A stretch of DNA of 64,000 bases from Nemertoderma westbladi. Taxonomy: Eukaryota; Animalia; Xenacoelomorpha. Numbering within the stretch: position 1 is the stretch's first letter; the number at the start of each line of letters is the position of its first letter. Under the pieces are notes generated by a model, which was not told the origin of the DNA, made no database searches, and saw only the letters and a list, made by a program, of their open reading frames with translations. Both the position numbers and the translations under genes were made by a program. Below are positions 21,105-33,025 of this stretch, piece by piece. Location: NCBI GenBank assembly GCA_032718475.1, contig JAUCBJ010007869.1, forward strand, positions 10,243 through 74,242. The letters run 5' to 3'.

Positions 21105-23936
21105 TTATATTTGCTGAAGGTGGAATGCGAGGCTGAGGGTTGTGGGGCGAGCCACGTTGGTCAGCCCATTGCAGCCCATCGCATGGGCGGCAGTGGACGC
21201 CTGACCGCTGCATAGGCGGCAAATACATGCAGGGGTGGGCCGCCAGCATCTTGTTGAGCTGCAGAGTTTGTGATGGAAGCCGTTGGAAAGGAACTGCGCT
21301 CCCACCCTCCGCCGCTGGCCCGATAAATATTTGAGGTTGATACTGGAGTTGTCTCCATTGTCAACCGCCTCAAGTATATTGGTTGTTGACGCGAATTTAC
21401 TTAGACCGCACCAAAGTTTATAGTAGAATCCGCGGACTTTGATGACGTGGGGGAGCTGCAAAAGCTGCGCTCTGGAGAAATCGTGGAAAATCGAGCAACC
21501 GTATGTGGTGGCCGGAAAGACCACAAGGACCCAGAGTTTGTGAGCGGTTGCTATGGAAACGGAACTCATATTGACTGTTGATGCTAACCGGATACAGGAG
21601 GCAATGCCCCGCTTGTGTAAATGAGTGTAATGACCAGCTGGCGAATTTTTCGTAGTCAGTACGACGCCAAGGTAATTGAACTTGTTCACAAATTCCAATT
21701 GCTGACCTTTATATATAAGTATGTCATTAGCTGATAGACTCCCACCCCGGCGAAATTTAATAACTTTTGTTTTTGCCAAATTGACTGTAAGGCCGTTTAA
21801 GTCGCAGTACTTTTCTAGGTTATTTAGGGCGAGTTGAACACTTTCTATAGATTCGCCGTAAATTGCTACATCGTCGGCGTATAAAATTATAAATACACCG
21901 ATTCCGGCTATTACGGAGGGCAAATCGGCAATAAACAGGCTGAAAAGTAATGGAGACAGTTTGTCTCCCTGGATAACGCCGACCATTTGGCATATCGGGT
22001 CTGTAACGAACAGTCCAATGCAGATTCGAATGTAGTTAGTTGCTATCAGAGCCCATAGAGCGCAGATAAATGTTCGACTAACTCCAATGTCGGACAACTT
22101 TGTGCAAAGTCGCTCACGGTTTACGGTGTCGAAGGCCTTTGAAAAGTCTATAAAAACGCAGTATATATGACCACCAGGTGACGATAAAGCCGCGTCGATG
22201 TATAAGTATATGTGTTTTATAGCCATTAACGTTGACCTGCCAACACGGAAGCCGAATTGGGAATCAGGTAGTTTATTATTGAGTTCTGACCACGTGTATA
22301 ACCGCTTAAATAGAATGGCGGTATATGTCTTTAGTAGACATGATAATAACGCTATTCCTCTGTATGAATCTGCTGATGCTTTTGATCCTTTGCCCTTGTA
22401 TAGAGGTATAACATATGAGATTAGCCATGCAGTGGGGCAGGTTGCATAGGTGAAACAAATGGTAAATATGTTTAAAATAAACGGGAGAAGAATGCCGATA
22501 CCTGATTTCAGCGCTTCGCTAGTGATCCCGTCGGGGCCGGCAGCCTTTCGTGTTTTCTGGTTGTTTACAGCATCGGTGACCTCCGCCGCTGTGATGAGAT
22601 CATCTAGAGAGGGATCTGGGTTGTCGGATAGTTGAGGCAGCTGGGGGGCTATATTGCGGGTGAACAAATTCGAGAAATGTGTAGACCAATTCTCCACTGG
22701 CACCTGCTGCGCAGCCATATTTTTCTTTGGGTTGACTATTTTCCAAAAGTCTTTTTGGTTTTCCTCACAACGGTGGATGAGTTTCAGTTCCTGTTGGGTC
22801 GAATGGAATATCTTTTTAGTTTTTAACAACGTTTTGTATTCCCGTTGTAACCGACTGTATGCTGTGTAATCATCTGTATTGCGATTGTAGTTGTCTAAAC
22901 GTTTCCGAGATTGTTTTAGATGCTGCTGTAATTGATAACATTCGTTATCGAACCAGGGTTTGGATTTTCGTATTGAACGCTTTTTACAGGAATTCTTTAT
23001 TGCCTCAGTGATAAATTTACAGGATTCATCCACTCCTGAGTTCATTATATCCTGGTAGTTGTTGCCTGTATTTAGTAGACTTGACAGCTTGACAACATCT
23101 ATTTGACGAGCAGGTGGTGCCTTCTCCTGTAGCATGCTACGAAATTTCCAGTTTAATTCGATGTGCATTCTTTGGTGTTTAGAGTTAATTGTAGGCAGAA
23201 CCTTCACTTCTGTAGCATCCTTAAGGGATGGGCTAATAAAAGCCAAGTCGATGACACTTGAGCCGTTCCAACAAATATAGGTGGGAATATCAGGGTCATT
23301 GAGACAAAAAAGGTTTGCACCAAGGAGACTGTCACATAGTAGATCCCCTCGGGTGCTGTCTCCATCTAGTCGGCAATTAAAGTCACCCACTAGAATAATA
23401 GGGTGATTATCCTTGTCACGGATCGCGCGCATAATATAAATTAACTCCAATAGTATATCGCCGACATCGGTACTTGGTTTGTAATATCCCAATAAAATGT
23501 GAAAATCCGAAAACGTTATGGCGATGGCCGAATCAGACTTGTATGCACATGAGTTAGTTAATGTTAAACCCATTTTAATGGCAATGGATAATCCACCAAT
23601 AGGTCTACCGCGATCCTGGCGTTGACATGGGACATTGTGGCATGAATAACCAGAAATGTCTAGGTCGTCGGATAAAGTCTCTGTTAGGAGCAGAATATCC
23701 GTAGCTGTAAATGTGTCGTCCATGGTGCAGTCAATAGTAGATTCTGCACCTTCAACATTCCACGCTATGAGCGACAGAGAGTTTGGAGATGCCTGCTGTG
23801 TGGATGGAAGTAGGTTAAATGGAAGCACGGCTAGAAGAAGTTGTGCATCAAAGATGTGGAAATGCGAACACTTAGTTTTATGCCTGGAAAGGCTTAGTGC
23901 ATATCTGTATACTTTATTGCAGCCCTGACAGAACAT
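21105..23936 (-). CDS. LINE ORF2: N-terminal C2HC zinc finger, APE endonuclease, reverse transcriptase, C-terminal CCHC
   Basis: CQGC..H..KC; WNVEG, LTET, VGDFN, SVIDL; SYRGIAL, QFGFR, FIDFSKAFDTV, GVIQGDKLSPLLFSLFIADL, LYADD, YLGV; CRLC-x8-H-x3-C. The frame stays open upstream to the ORF1 stop. Confidence 0.95.
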   Translation of the reverse strand: MFCQGCNKVYRYALSLSRHKTKCSHFHIFDAQLLLAVLPFNLLPSTQQASPNSLSLIAWNVEGAESTIDCTMDDTFTATDILLLTETLSDDLDISGYSCHNVPCQRQDRGRPIGGLSIAIKMGLTLTNSCAYKSDSAIAITFSDFHILLGYYKPSTDVGDILLELIYIMRAIRDKDNHPIILVGDFNCRLDGDSTRGDLLCDSLLGANLFCLNDPDIPTYICWNGSSVIDLAFISPSLKDATEVKVLPTINSKHQRMHIELNWKFRSMLQEKAPPARQIDVVKLSSLLNTGNNYQDIMNSGVDESCKFITEAIKNSCKKRSIRKSKPWFDNECYQLQQHLKQSRKRLDNYNRNTDDYTAYSRLQREYKTLLKTKKIFHSTQQELKLIHRCEENQKDFWKIVNPKKNMAAQQVPVENWSTHFSNLFTRNIAPQLPQLSDNPDPSLDDLITAAEVTDAVNNQKTRKAAGPDGITSEALKSGIGILLPFILNIFTICFTYATCPTAWLISYVIPLYKGKGSKASADSYRGIALLSCLLKTYTAILFKRLYTWSELNNKLPDSQFGFRVGRSTLMAIKHIYLYIDAALSSPGGHIYCVFIDFSKAFDTVNRERLCTKLSDIGVSRTFICALWALIATNYIRICIGLFVTDPICQMVGVIQGDKLSPLLFSLFIADLPSVIAGIGVFIILYADDVAIYGESIESVQLALNNLEKYCDLNGLTVNLAKTKVIKFRRGGSLSANDILIYKGQQLEFVNKFNYLGVVLTTKNSPAGHYTHLHKRGIASCIRLASTVNMSSVSIATAHKLWVLVVFPATTYGCSIFHDFSRAQLLQLPHVIKVRGFYYKLWCGLSKFASTTNILEAVDNGDNSSINLKYLSGQRRRVGAQFLSNGFHHKLCSSTRCWRPTPACICRLCSGQASTAAHAMGCNGLTNVARPTTLSLAFHLQQI

Positions 23937-23957
23937 ATGGTTGACAGCAGCTACCGG

Positions 23958-24500
23958 AGTGGTCGTAGCGGCGGCCCCCGGGTTCGGGAGAGTCGTAGCA
24001 GCGGCCCCCGGGTTCGGGGGAGTCGTAGCGGCGGCCCCCGGGTTCGGGAGAGTCGTAGCGGCGGCCCCCGGGTTCGGGAGAGTCGTAGCGGCGGCCCCCG
24101 GATTCGGGAGAGTCGTAGCGGCGGCCCCCGGGTTCGGGGGAGTCGTAACGGCGGCCCCCGGGTTCGGGGGAGTCGTAACAGCGGCCCCCGGGTTCGAGAG
24201 AGTCGTAGCGGCGGCACCCGGGTTCGGGAGAGTCGTAGCGGCGGCCCCCAGGTTCGGGAGAGTCGTAGCGGCGGCCCCCAGGTTCGGGAGAGTCGTAGCG
24301 GTGTCCCCCAGGGTCGCAAGAGTCGTAGCGGCGGCCCCCCGGATCTGGAGTGACGTAGCGGCGGCCCCCGGGTTCGGGAGAGTCGTAGCGGCGGCCCCCG
24401 GGTTCGGGAGAGTCGTAGCGGCGGCTCCCGGGTTCGGGAAAGTCGTAGCGGCGGCCCCCGGGTTCGGAGTAGTCGTGGCGGCGGCCCCCGGGTTCGGAGG
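23958..24500 (-). repeat. 30-bp GC-rich tandem repeat (~18 copies) between ORF1 and ORF2, reading [10 protein letters not shown] in the ORF2 frame
   Basis: gtcgtagcggcggcccccgggttcgggaga units with no indels. Confidence 0.95.
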
Positions 24501-24539
24501 AACATGAGTTTTGCTACGGAGGGGAATGCTAGATGATTG

Positions 24540-25475
24540 TCAGAACCGCTGGTCCGGACGGGCGTTTCGGCGCTCTTCTTGAGTTATTTTAGGTAGTCGT
24601 TTGAGATTATCTCGCTCGCATTGATTAAGATGGTGTCTTTTTATCGTGGCTCCCCCAGGCCAACACATTGGGTGGTAGACTTCTTCCGAGGATTTTTCAT
24701 TGGGGCAAACAATATGGAAATTATTAAAAGCTGGCGCTTCAGTCGCAACGTTCTCGGTTGGAGGTTGCTCCAGCTGGAAGACATGATCAACATCGATGTT
24801 CTTCTCTTGTAGGTGAGCTTTAATCATCTCTGTTGTTGTTGTTGGGCTAAGACGCCCAACTCTGATGTGGAAACGCGGAGCGGCTCTCGCGACTGCCTGT
24901 AAGCCGGCGCTGGTTCCGGAACTGGCTCCAGTAGCTATAACCACGGTCCGGGCAGACGACCTTCGTTTCCATGAGGGGTTATGCGTATTGGCTGCTGCCA
25001 CGCGTGAGGGGGGCTCAGGGTGCTGGCCGCGGTTTTCGTCTGGAGGGTTATTGTTGGAGCTACCGGCAGCGGCTATGGGTCGTCCCTTATTCCGCCGGCA
25101 TCGCCCACCGGCTGTCCACCCATCGGCATCCCGGGAGGCTGTAGCTGCGTATGTCGATCCTACGGGACTAGGTGTAGTCGTAGGGGCTCGACCTCCCTGC
25201 GACGGTGGCTGCCGCTGTGTTTGTTCTCTTTGCGAAGTAATTTGAGCACTTTGCAGGTTTTTACATAGGATGATATCCTGTTTGGCTTGGACTGTTTCTT
25301 GTCTCGAATCTGCGAGACGACCCAATGACATCGTAAACAGCGAACCCATTTTAGTGAGGGAGTCAACAATGCATTTCTCTTCATCGATGCTCATACTCTT
25401 CTTCTGTTTTATTGCTCGGACTAAGGAGATAACCTCGTCCTGTAGATTTATGAATGCGTCAGCACTTTGTTCCAT
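24540..25475 (-). CDS. LINE ORF1 (coiled coil + RRM-like domain), 311 aa
   Basis: Position upstream of ORF2. [13 protein letters not shown]...HL...FHIVC...[12 protein letters not shown] resembles the ORF1 motif of invertebrate CR1/L2-group elements. Confidence 0.85.
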   Translation of the reverse strand: MEQSADAFINLQDEVISLVRAIKQKKSMSIDEEKCIVDSLTKMGSLFTMSLGRLADSRQETVQAKQDIILCKNLQSAQITSQREQTQRQPPSQGGRAPTTTPSPVGSTYAATASRDADGWTAGGRCRRNKGRPIAAAGSSNNNPPDENRGQHPEPPSRVAAANTHNPSWKRRSSARTVVIATGASSGTSAGLQAVARAAPRFHIRVGRLSPTTTTEMIKAHLQEKNIDVDHVFQLEQPPTENVATEAPAFNNFHIVCPNEKSSEEVYHPMCWPGGATIKRHHLNQCERDNLKRLPKITQEERRNARPDQRF

Positions 25476-27545
25476 TATGAAATAAAATCACAAGATAAAT
25501 TTATTTTATATTAATGAAAACAAGAGTTACAAGGTTGTAGGAGAGAAATAGCTAGTAATTAAAACAAAATTAAACCTTGAAATTTACTCTGAAAATTTAG
25601 TCACGAATTTAAATTTAAATTTAGTAAACTTCTCTATTAATATTGTATAAATAATTAATATTCTAGAAATATACAATATACAATATTACATATTATAATA
25701 CAATATGTATTATAAGAAGAAATAAAATAATACGGTCAGACGGTAAGTTCTACGGTTGTTCTATTATAATTACTGTATTATTATAGATACAGTAAGAGTA
25801 CCGGTATTTGAGTAACGTATTAAAAATGCCTCGAGAATAGTGAAAAAAGTTATACTTTTTTCCCATGTAATAAATAATTATTTGTTGGAATTTCTAAAAT
25901 TTGTCCTGGCGATTTGGTAGTGCGATATTAATTCCACACAAATAAATAAAATAGGTATTGTAAGAAATTAAAAAAAAATTATAATATTTAATGCAATATT
26001 ATTGATTATTATTAATGTCATTAATTTGAAATGTAATTCGACCATAATTTTGCTCTTACAAAAAAAGTGACAAATATCAGTATATCGATCCACTAAGAAC
26101 ATTACATTTGTAATTAAGATTTAACATAAACATACAGTAGAGTAGGCCTATTACTGTATTAACCTTATTACATTATTTTGCCTTACTTCCGTTTCCGTAC
26201 TTAGTACATTGTACATGTACGTAAATAGTTATTGTTACAGTACATTATGCCAACTTAACAGTGTTCTGGTGAATTACTCGTAACGCTGCAAAGTACCGTA
26301 ATCAATGACATGGAAACAACTTCAATGACCGTATTCTGATCTGACCTCTATGTCAGTATACTCATTATATGTCATTCATAGTCCTCTATGAATCTTTCTG
26401 ACTGTATTTTACTATAATCTAATACGTAACTCAAATACTCTCACTGTATATCTATAATAATACAGTAATTATAATAAAACAACAAACCTCCCCGTATTAT
26501 TTTATTTAAATAAATGATTAATATTGACTTGCGGCGAGGTGTCCGATAATTTGCGGCGAAATGGCATTTATAGTGAGACACCTCGCCGCAAGACACCTCG
26601 CCGCACATTATCTGCGGCGAGATGACTTGCGGCGAAGTGGCAGTGCGGCGAGGTGACCAGCACCCGTTAGTTGGCAGTGCAGACTTCACTTCACATTCTG
26701 ATAATATTTATTGACATTCTAGTTTTCGAAATATACTGTAGTTTTATATAGAAGAGTAGAATACCGGTATACAGTACACAGTCTGACAGTACAGCAGTCG
26801 GCAGTAGTAAATGACAGTTATGTACATTGACATCAACTGATCCGATCAACAGCATATCCCGATCGGGATATATTACCTTACTGCCTTAGGCTATACCGGT
26901 AAGGGTAAATCCCGATCGGGATATATTTATATATCCCGATCGGGATAGGGAACCCTACTTTCTGTGTTAAACAGGATTAACGTGATTGGTTGCTGCTTAG
27001 TACTGAAGTCTGGTAGTAGCAGCTTTCTCCAACAACATTACTTGTTTTATACAAAATGGAATAAATGTTAACTGGAAAAGCCACGATCTAAGCACCAGTG
27101 CAGTGTCCAGTCTATAGGGCATAGGCCTACCGCAATACCGGCAGACCGGTACTTGTACAGCTGTACGCTATAGGCCTACAGCCTGACGCTGACAGTACAG
27201 TGACAGCTGAAAACTGCTACTGGAATATACACTGACTGACTGATTACTGGATTACATGACTGCCTGATCCTACCTGCTGACCTGCCTACAGTTCTATGTA
27301 TGATGTACCTATGTGCGTACAGCTGTACAGTCCAACATACAGACATACACATCTACATGCACCAACGCAACGGTACCGGTAGCGGTAGGCATAGGCAGAT
27401 AGGCCTAATGCATGTAATGCAAATAATTCCTGACTGCTTGATTACAGCTAAATACTGAAATAAAGGTTGTTACCGTACTGGCAGACTGGTGTTGAGCACG
27501 GCGGTAATGTCTGAATGTAGGGACTGTCTAAAACCCGGGCTCTGC

Positions 27546-29092
27546 CCAAGGCGTACAATACTATATACAATACAAGGCCATGCCATCGAGATAACTGGGG
27601 GCGGTGACTGGGGGCAAGATTTTTTTTACAACAATTTTATATTTTGATATGGGGAGAGTTCTATAAATTTTCATTTGCTGCAATTTGGTGGGTCCGAAGA
27701 ATCTGTACAAAAAAATACAAGATAGTACAATATAGTACAAAAGAATACAAAAGAGTACAATAAAGTGCAAAAATAGTACAAAAGAGTGCAAAAATAGTAC
27801 AAAAGAGTATAAACGAGTGAGAAACGCTTGCAAAACATGTATCCAAGTATAGTTCAAATCGTGTAGAGGGGCGCACATGATGTGCAAAATAAAACAAAGC
27901 ATTGTTTGATTGTGGGGCGAGCCACGCATTGAGAGAGGGGCTGATCTAGCTGTCTAGCAGTCAGAGAGTATGACAATACAATCGTAGGCCTATGAGTTTT
28001 AATGCAGCTTTTTGTGTTCGAAAAACACAAAAAACGGTTCCAATTGCTCGAAAAATTGCAGAGGGAGATCTCACAGTCTCAATAAAGTTGCAGATAGACA
28101 GATAAAGGCATACTTATATAGCCTAAATAAAGTAGCATACAGTCTATCGAACCTTCAGTATATGACCTAAATTTTGAGTCTCAGCCTCAGGTATAGGAGT
28201 TTATATCTACCCACTGCATGTATGTATTGCATTATATTGTATTATCCGAACAGTAGCCTATTTCTACTTGTATGCAAGTCAAAATCTACATTGAATCAAA
28301 GTTCTGTCAATCATTTCATACTTGACCACAGAACCAACTGACCAAGGCCGCTAGTATTGACACTGTCAAGACTGTAGCGGCGCATATTTTGGTGCCGTTG
28401 CATTCGCTTGCAATTAGTTATATTTCTGAATACAAGTGTAGTGTAGTGCTGTAATGTATACTATACTGGTATACACTTTTTGTATGCGTTTCTCACTCGT
28501 TTGTACTCTTTTGTACTATTTTTGCACTCTTTTGTACTATTTTTGCACTTTATTGTACTCTTTTGTACTATATTGTACTATTTTGTATTTTTTTGTACTT
28601 TTTTGTACAGATTCGTCGGACCGCAATTTGGTCAATGGGCGTAATTGAAGCATCCTCATTAAGTAAGATACAAAATTTTATGGTAGCTAGTGTTTTAGGT
28701 AGGTTTAGCTACTAATTTCGACACTGGTTCCGACATCCTACTTCCCTCTATAAATATTTTGTAGTAGCTAGTTCTTGTTACTATTTGTATAGAAAATGTT
28801 CCAGAAGATGTTAGCTATTCATTTTTTTAAAAAATTATGTTCTAGAATAAACATTTTTTGTTCTAGAACAAAAAATATTTGTTCTAGAACATAAAATTTC
28901 GTATCTTACATAATGAGGATGCTTCAATTACGTCCATTGACCAAATTGCAGCAAATTAAAATTTATAGAACTCTCCCCATATCAAAATATAAAATTGTTG
29001 TAAAAAAAATCTTGCCCCCAGTCACCGCCCCCAGTTAACTCGATGGATATAGTATGACTCGATGGACTTGTATATACTGTAGTACGCCTTGG
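27546..29092. mobile_element. Long-hairpin MITE interrupted by a nested element
   Basis: Arm aactgggggcggtgactgggggcaag... (27593-27689, resuming 28633-28690) is inverted relative to 28880-29036. Outer ccaaggcgtac / gtacgccttgg. Confidence 0.8.
27690..28623. mobile_element. Non-autonomous MULE-like element, ~145-bp TIRs, 9-bp TSD caatttggt
   Basis: ggtccgaagaatctgtacaaaa...gagtgagaaacgc versus gcgtttctcactcg...tacagattcgtcggacc. caatttggt at 27681-27689 and 28624-28632. Confidence 0.85.
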
Positions 29093-29639
29093 CTCTGCCG
29101 CGCCGGTCCTGATCTCGGTCCACCGAACTATTTTATTGCATAGGTCTACCTACTTGGTGTGTTAATAATAATTAATTCGCTCTATACCGTGAGTAAAAAC
29201 CTCTTTGGAGTGCGCGTGCTAAAAGGCCAACTAGGGAGTGCATAATATGTTATGTTATGTTATTAATGACGCCAGAGTGACAATAAGTTCATGATTGCAC
29301 CTTTAAATTTAGAGATACTGCATACACACATATCTGGGAAAAGTACGCTAATCAGCGTATATGGAGATAAAAATATCTATCACATTGTAATAATTAAAAA
29401 TATACGAATAGTATTTAGGCCTACAGTATTTATAAAGTGAATGTAAAATGGCAAGTTTACAGTACGAACATAATAAAATCAATTGTAATGAAAAGTTATA
29501 TTTGGGGTAGTGTTCTCAAAAATAATTATTGGCTACCAATACGGACTATACAGACTAACAAGGAACATAAATAAAATATACAGGGGGTATTAATATTAAA
29601 TTAAATAAAAAATGGAAATATTATATTTTGAGTCCTACA

Positions 29640-32600
29640 GTTCGATCGTAAATAACAGTGCCAAGGAGGATCCCCGTGTTGAGTTCTGGTGAAGTTCAGT
29701 TCGAAATTGAAAGAAATTACTCCGTTCGGTATTGTCAATCCCATGAATAAACGTGGATGTTGTTATAAGGTCTGCTCCTACACGTCGATATATTAATGTT
29801 GGTCATTTGAGTGCCCTAAGTCGGTTTTCATATGTCAGGTCAGTCAGAGGAGGGACAAGGCGAGTGGCACGGTGTTGCACTTGTTCAAGGGTGTCAATAT
29901 CACGCTGCAGGTACGGCGACCAGACTACTGTACCATATTCGAGGAGAGGCCGTACAAGGGATTTGTACAACAGGGTGAACATTGGAGCTTCTAAAAAGGT
30001 AAAAGTTCTACGTATTAGATGGACGACTCGCATGGCGCGGGCTGCTGTCTGTGAGCAGTGAGTTGTGAAGGACATGTCTGATGTGAATGTTATACCCAAA
30101 TCACGTTCCTCGGTTACTGTTGTTGAAAGTGACTGTCCGTTCATTGTATAAGTAACTTTGAGATTTCTAGAACCTAGATGCATCGCCTTGCACTTCGAAT
30201 CATTGAACTGCAATTTCCAGCGGTTACACTATTCAACTAGTCTATCAAGATCAGTCTGTAAGGCCTGTATGTCAGTTGCGTCATGTATGTCCCTGTAGAG
30301 TTTAGTATCATCAACGAAAATCTTGCACAGGGATGAAACAATGGAAGGCACATCATTGACGAAAGCAAGAAAGAGTAGGTCTAGGTATATAATATCTGCA
30401 CCCTGGACATCAGGATCGTCATTGTAATCAGATAGGTCTTCAAACACTTCCAGAAGCTGTGTTACTGTAGATCTGTGGGAACGTGCACCATGTTGAGCAT
30501 CTGAAAAGAGTTGGTGATCCTCGAAGTGACTCACTAGAGCATTCCGGATGAATTTCTCACACACTTTCGCTAATATACATGTTAGGGAAACAGGACGATA
30601 ATTATCTGGCATACGTTTTGGTTGTCTCTTCAAGATCGGGGACACTATTGCTTCTCGCCAATCTGAAGGAATAACACCAGAGTCAAACGACAGTTGAAAA
30701 ATTGACATACAAGGAGCAGCAATAACATTAGCCAGTTCCTTCAATATCCTACCATGTAGACCATCTGGGCCAGGGGCTTTGTTTATGTTTAGGTTTTCCA
30801 GCTCATACTGATCCTGTTCAAGAGAAAAATCTACATTTACAATGGGTTCAATCAGTGTGGTAGGTGGAATGTATGTGTGCAAGGACGAAACAGAATGCAG
30901 TTGGTCAGATGAGTCAGGCCTGGTAAAAACGGACGCATATGTCTTACTAAGTAATTCTGACATTCCATATGATGACGTAATGATTTCGTTGTTGTTGGTA
31001 CGTAGGGGAACAATAGTTGATTTGGTTTTCCTCTTGGAGTTTACATACGACCAGAAAGCTTTAGGGTTAGTTTTACATTTCTCGGCAACATTCCTTTCAA
31101 AATTAGTTTTTGCATTACGAACGTGGCGTCCCGTAGACTGTCTAGATAATACATATCGCTGGAAATTACAATCGGTGCGGTGTTGTTGCCAGCGTTGGAA
31201 AAGCAGTTGTTTTCTGCGTATACAATGTATAGTCGCATTGGTCATCCAAGGTTCATCCTATCCATTAACTGTAGATCTACGGGGGACGAATTGTTCAGTA
31301 CCCTTAAGCAATTCAGTCTTGAGTTCAGTCCATGCCTGGTCAGTGTCCTTGCCTTCCAGACGGAAATCACAGTCAATGTCACGGAGGGATGTTCGCCACT
31401 TGTCGTAATCACCCTTGTCATATCTCAAGTACGTCCGAGTAGGTTCACTAATATCCCAGTGTACATTCAAGACGACATGCGCCACACTATGGTCAGACTT
31501 CCCAAGAGGACAGAGTACACGTACATCATAAATTGAATCAATGGATTTAGTAAAAAATAAGTCTAATCTAGAACTCAAAATATGGTTTCTATCCAGTCTT
31601 GTGTTTTCAAAAACGTGTTTAGAAAGATTATTATTATCAAGAACAAATTCGAGAAAATTACGCTCAAATTTCCTTGCCTTAGGTAATGTACACAAATTTT
31701 CCCAATCTATATGAGGGAAATTAAAATCACAGGTAAACAAAATTTCACAACCACAATTAACAAGTAACTTGTCAATTAAAACATGCAAAGCTGTGTCATT
31801 AGCATGCGAAGATGCTGTAGAGCGGTAAATACAGAAAACTGTAAAATTACGACAATTATTCTGATTTATACGTAAACAGATAAAACCGTCAAAACAGATA
31901 TTGCCTGGGTTAACTATTTCAACTGAAAACATATTAGACTGTCGTATATAAAGTGCAGCACCACCACCATTGGTATCTCTATAATTCAATATAAAAAAGG
32001 CTTCATTAGGAATTGTACTATCTAACCAGGTTTCAGTCACTGCAATTATATCAGGTTTTATTAATGCAACCTTGACGCGCAACTCATTAAGTTTGTTTCT
32101 AATACACTGGGCATTTATGTTTACAACAGTAAAGTTACCAGTAGGCGGCCTACTTACTACCTTGACAATCACGCGATTGATGACGTAGTCAACCTTACTG
32201 TGGAGACTGTGAACCAACCGGATCGACACAAAACTCACTAACTCCATGACCAGATTCCTGGATATTGGTCGTCGCATTTCTCATTCCTAGGTTTTGGGGA
32301 CTAGAAAGAGAAACTTCATCAGCAGTGGAGACACTACTAACATTATGTAGATAGTTCGCGGTGGCTATCGATAGATCGGATACAGAAACCGTAGCACTCA
32401 CTCCTTGGCTCTGCACCTTTCTACGTTCGGAAAAGGGAGGGAGTGGAGAGGACGATTCCACAGCAGACAGCGTCGCCTCGGTGGAACGACCAATGCGCCG
32501 TTGGTAGCGTTCGCGAGCATTCTTGCGTTGTTCATATGTTCTATCCGCTGTGATGCGAACTTCACCAATATCATTAATGCTGCTGAGTCTATCGCTAGAA

Positions 32601-32950
32601 AGACGAACACGACCATTAACTGCTTACCAAGCAGTGCATGGCACTGCTCAGCGGAACCCATTGTGACGATTAACTTGTTCATATAACCCACCTGACGGCC
32701 ACCTTCAAATCGGCGTAACCGATGAAACCTTAAGATATTGCACTCTGGAGCATTAGCTGAGATCACTGACTTTACAATATCTTCATCATATCGTATTCGT
32801 TCCTTAGTGTTGTTCGACGGACAAGGGGGAATATAATGGATCACAATGTTTGCCTGTTTCGCGTTCTGTTGTTCAAGTCCCGAAACCCGTCGGTGTATCA
32901 CATTAGGGGTTATACGTTGGGTTTGAGATCCGCGTTTTCGTCTGGTCCCC
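29640..32950 (-). mobile_element. Degraded CR1 LINE (ORF1 remnant, APE, RT with internal deletion)
   Basis: NAQCIRNK, AVTETWL, DFNFP, LGKSDH; KAPGPDG, NYRPVSLT, QHGARSHRST, FVDD; ERDLGI, LYKSLVRPLLEYG, LEQVQHRATR. The segment between IYLD and LFLAFVND (KAFD...PQGS) is missing. Confidence 0.92.
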
Positions 32951-33025
32951 GCAGTAATCCAGTCACTGCCTGGGACATGTGCGACTTGGGGCTCATCAGA
33001 GACATTTGATATATATATAATATAT

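Larger units (their letters stand above)
20890..25940 (-). mobile_element. Apparently full-length intact LINE (ORF1 + repeat linker + ORF2) inserted in the MULE
   Basis: Both ORFs are uninterrupted. The 3'UTR ends in AATAAA at ~20890, where MULE TIR symmetry breaks. The 5' boundary is approximate. Confidence 0.85.
20738..26665. mobile_element. Non-autonomous Mutator-like element (MULE): ~155-bp TIRs, 9-bp TSD
   Basis: TIR GGGTGCTGGTCACCTCGCCGCA... at 20738, reverse complement ending 26665. TSD gttagttgg at 20729-20737 and 26666-26674. Confidence 0.9.
18000..26966 (-). mobile_element. piggyBac transposon (degraded), boundaries inferred
   Basis: TTAA-CACAGA at 17996-18005 and TCTGTG-TTAA at 26961-26970. 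Palindromic subterminal repeats atcccgatcgggat x3 at 26857-26947. Encloses the transposase pseudogene. Confidence 0.65.
17857..27118. mobile_element. Palindromic MITE split at its central TTAA by the piggyBac insertion
   Basis: ~120-bp imperfect inverted arms 17875-17991 (gtgcttagatcgtg...cagcaaccaatcacg) and 26981-27095 (cgtgattggttgctg...cacgatctaagcac). A 13-bp direct repeat tccagtctatagg lies outside both arms (17857, 27106). Confidence 0.65.

Noticed and set aside
23937-24507. Three listed ORFs over the 30-bp repeat
   Set aside because: Repeat artefacts. The relevant frame is the unlisted minus frame continuous with ORF1 and ORF2.
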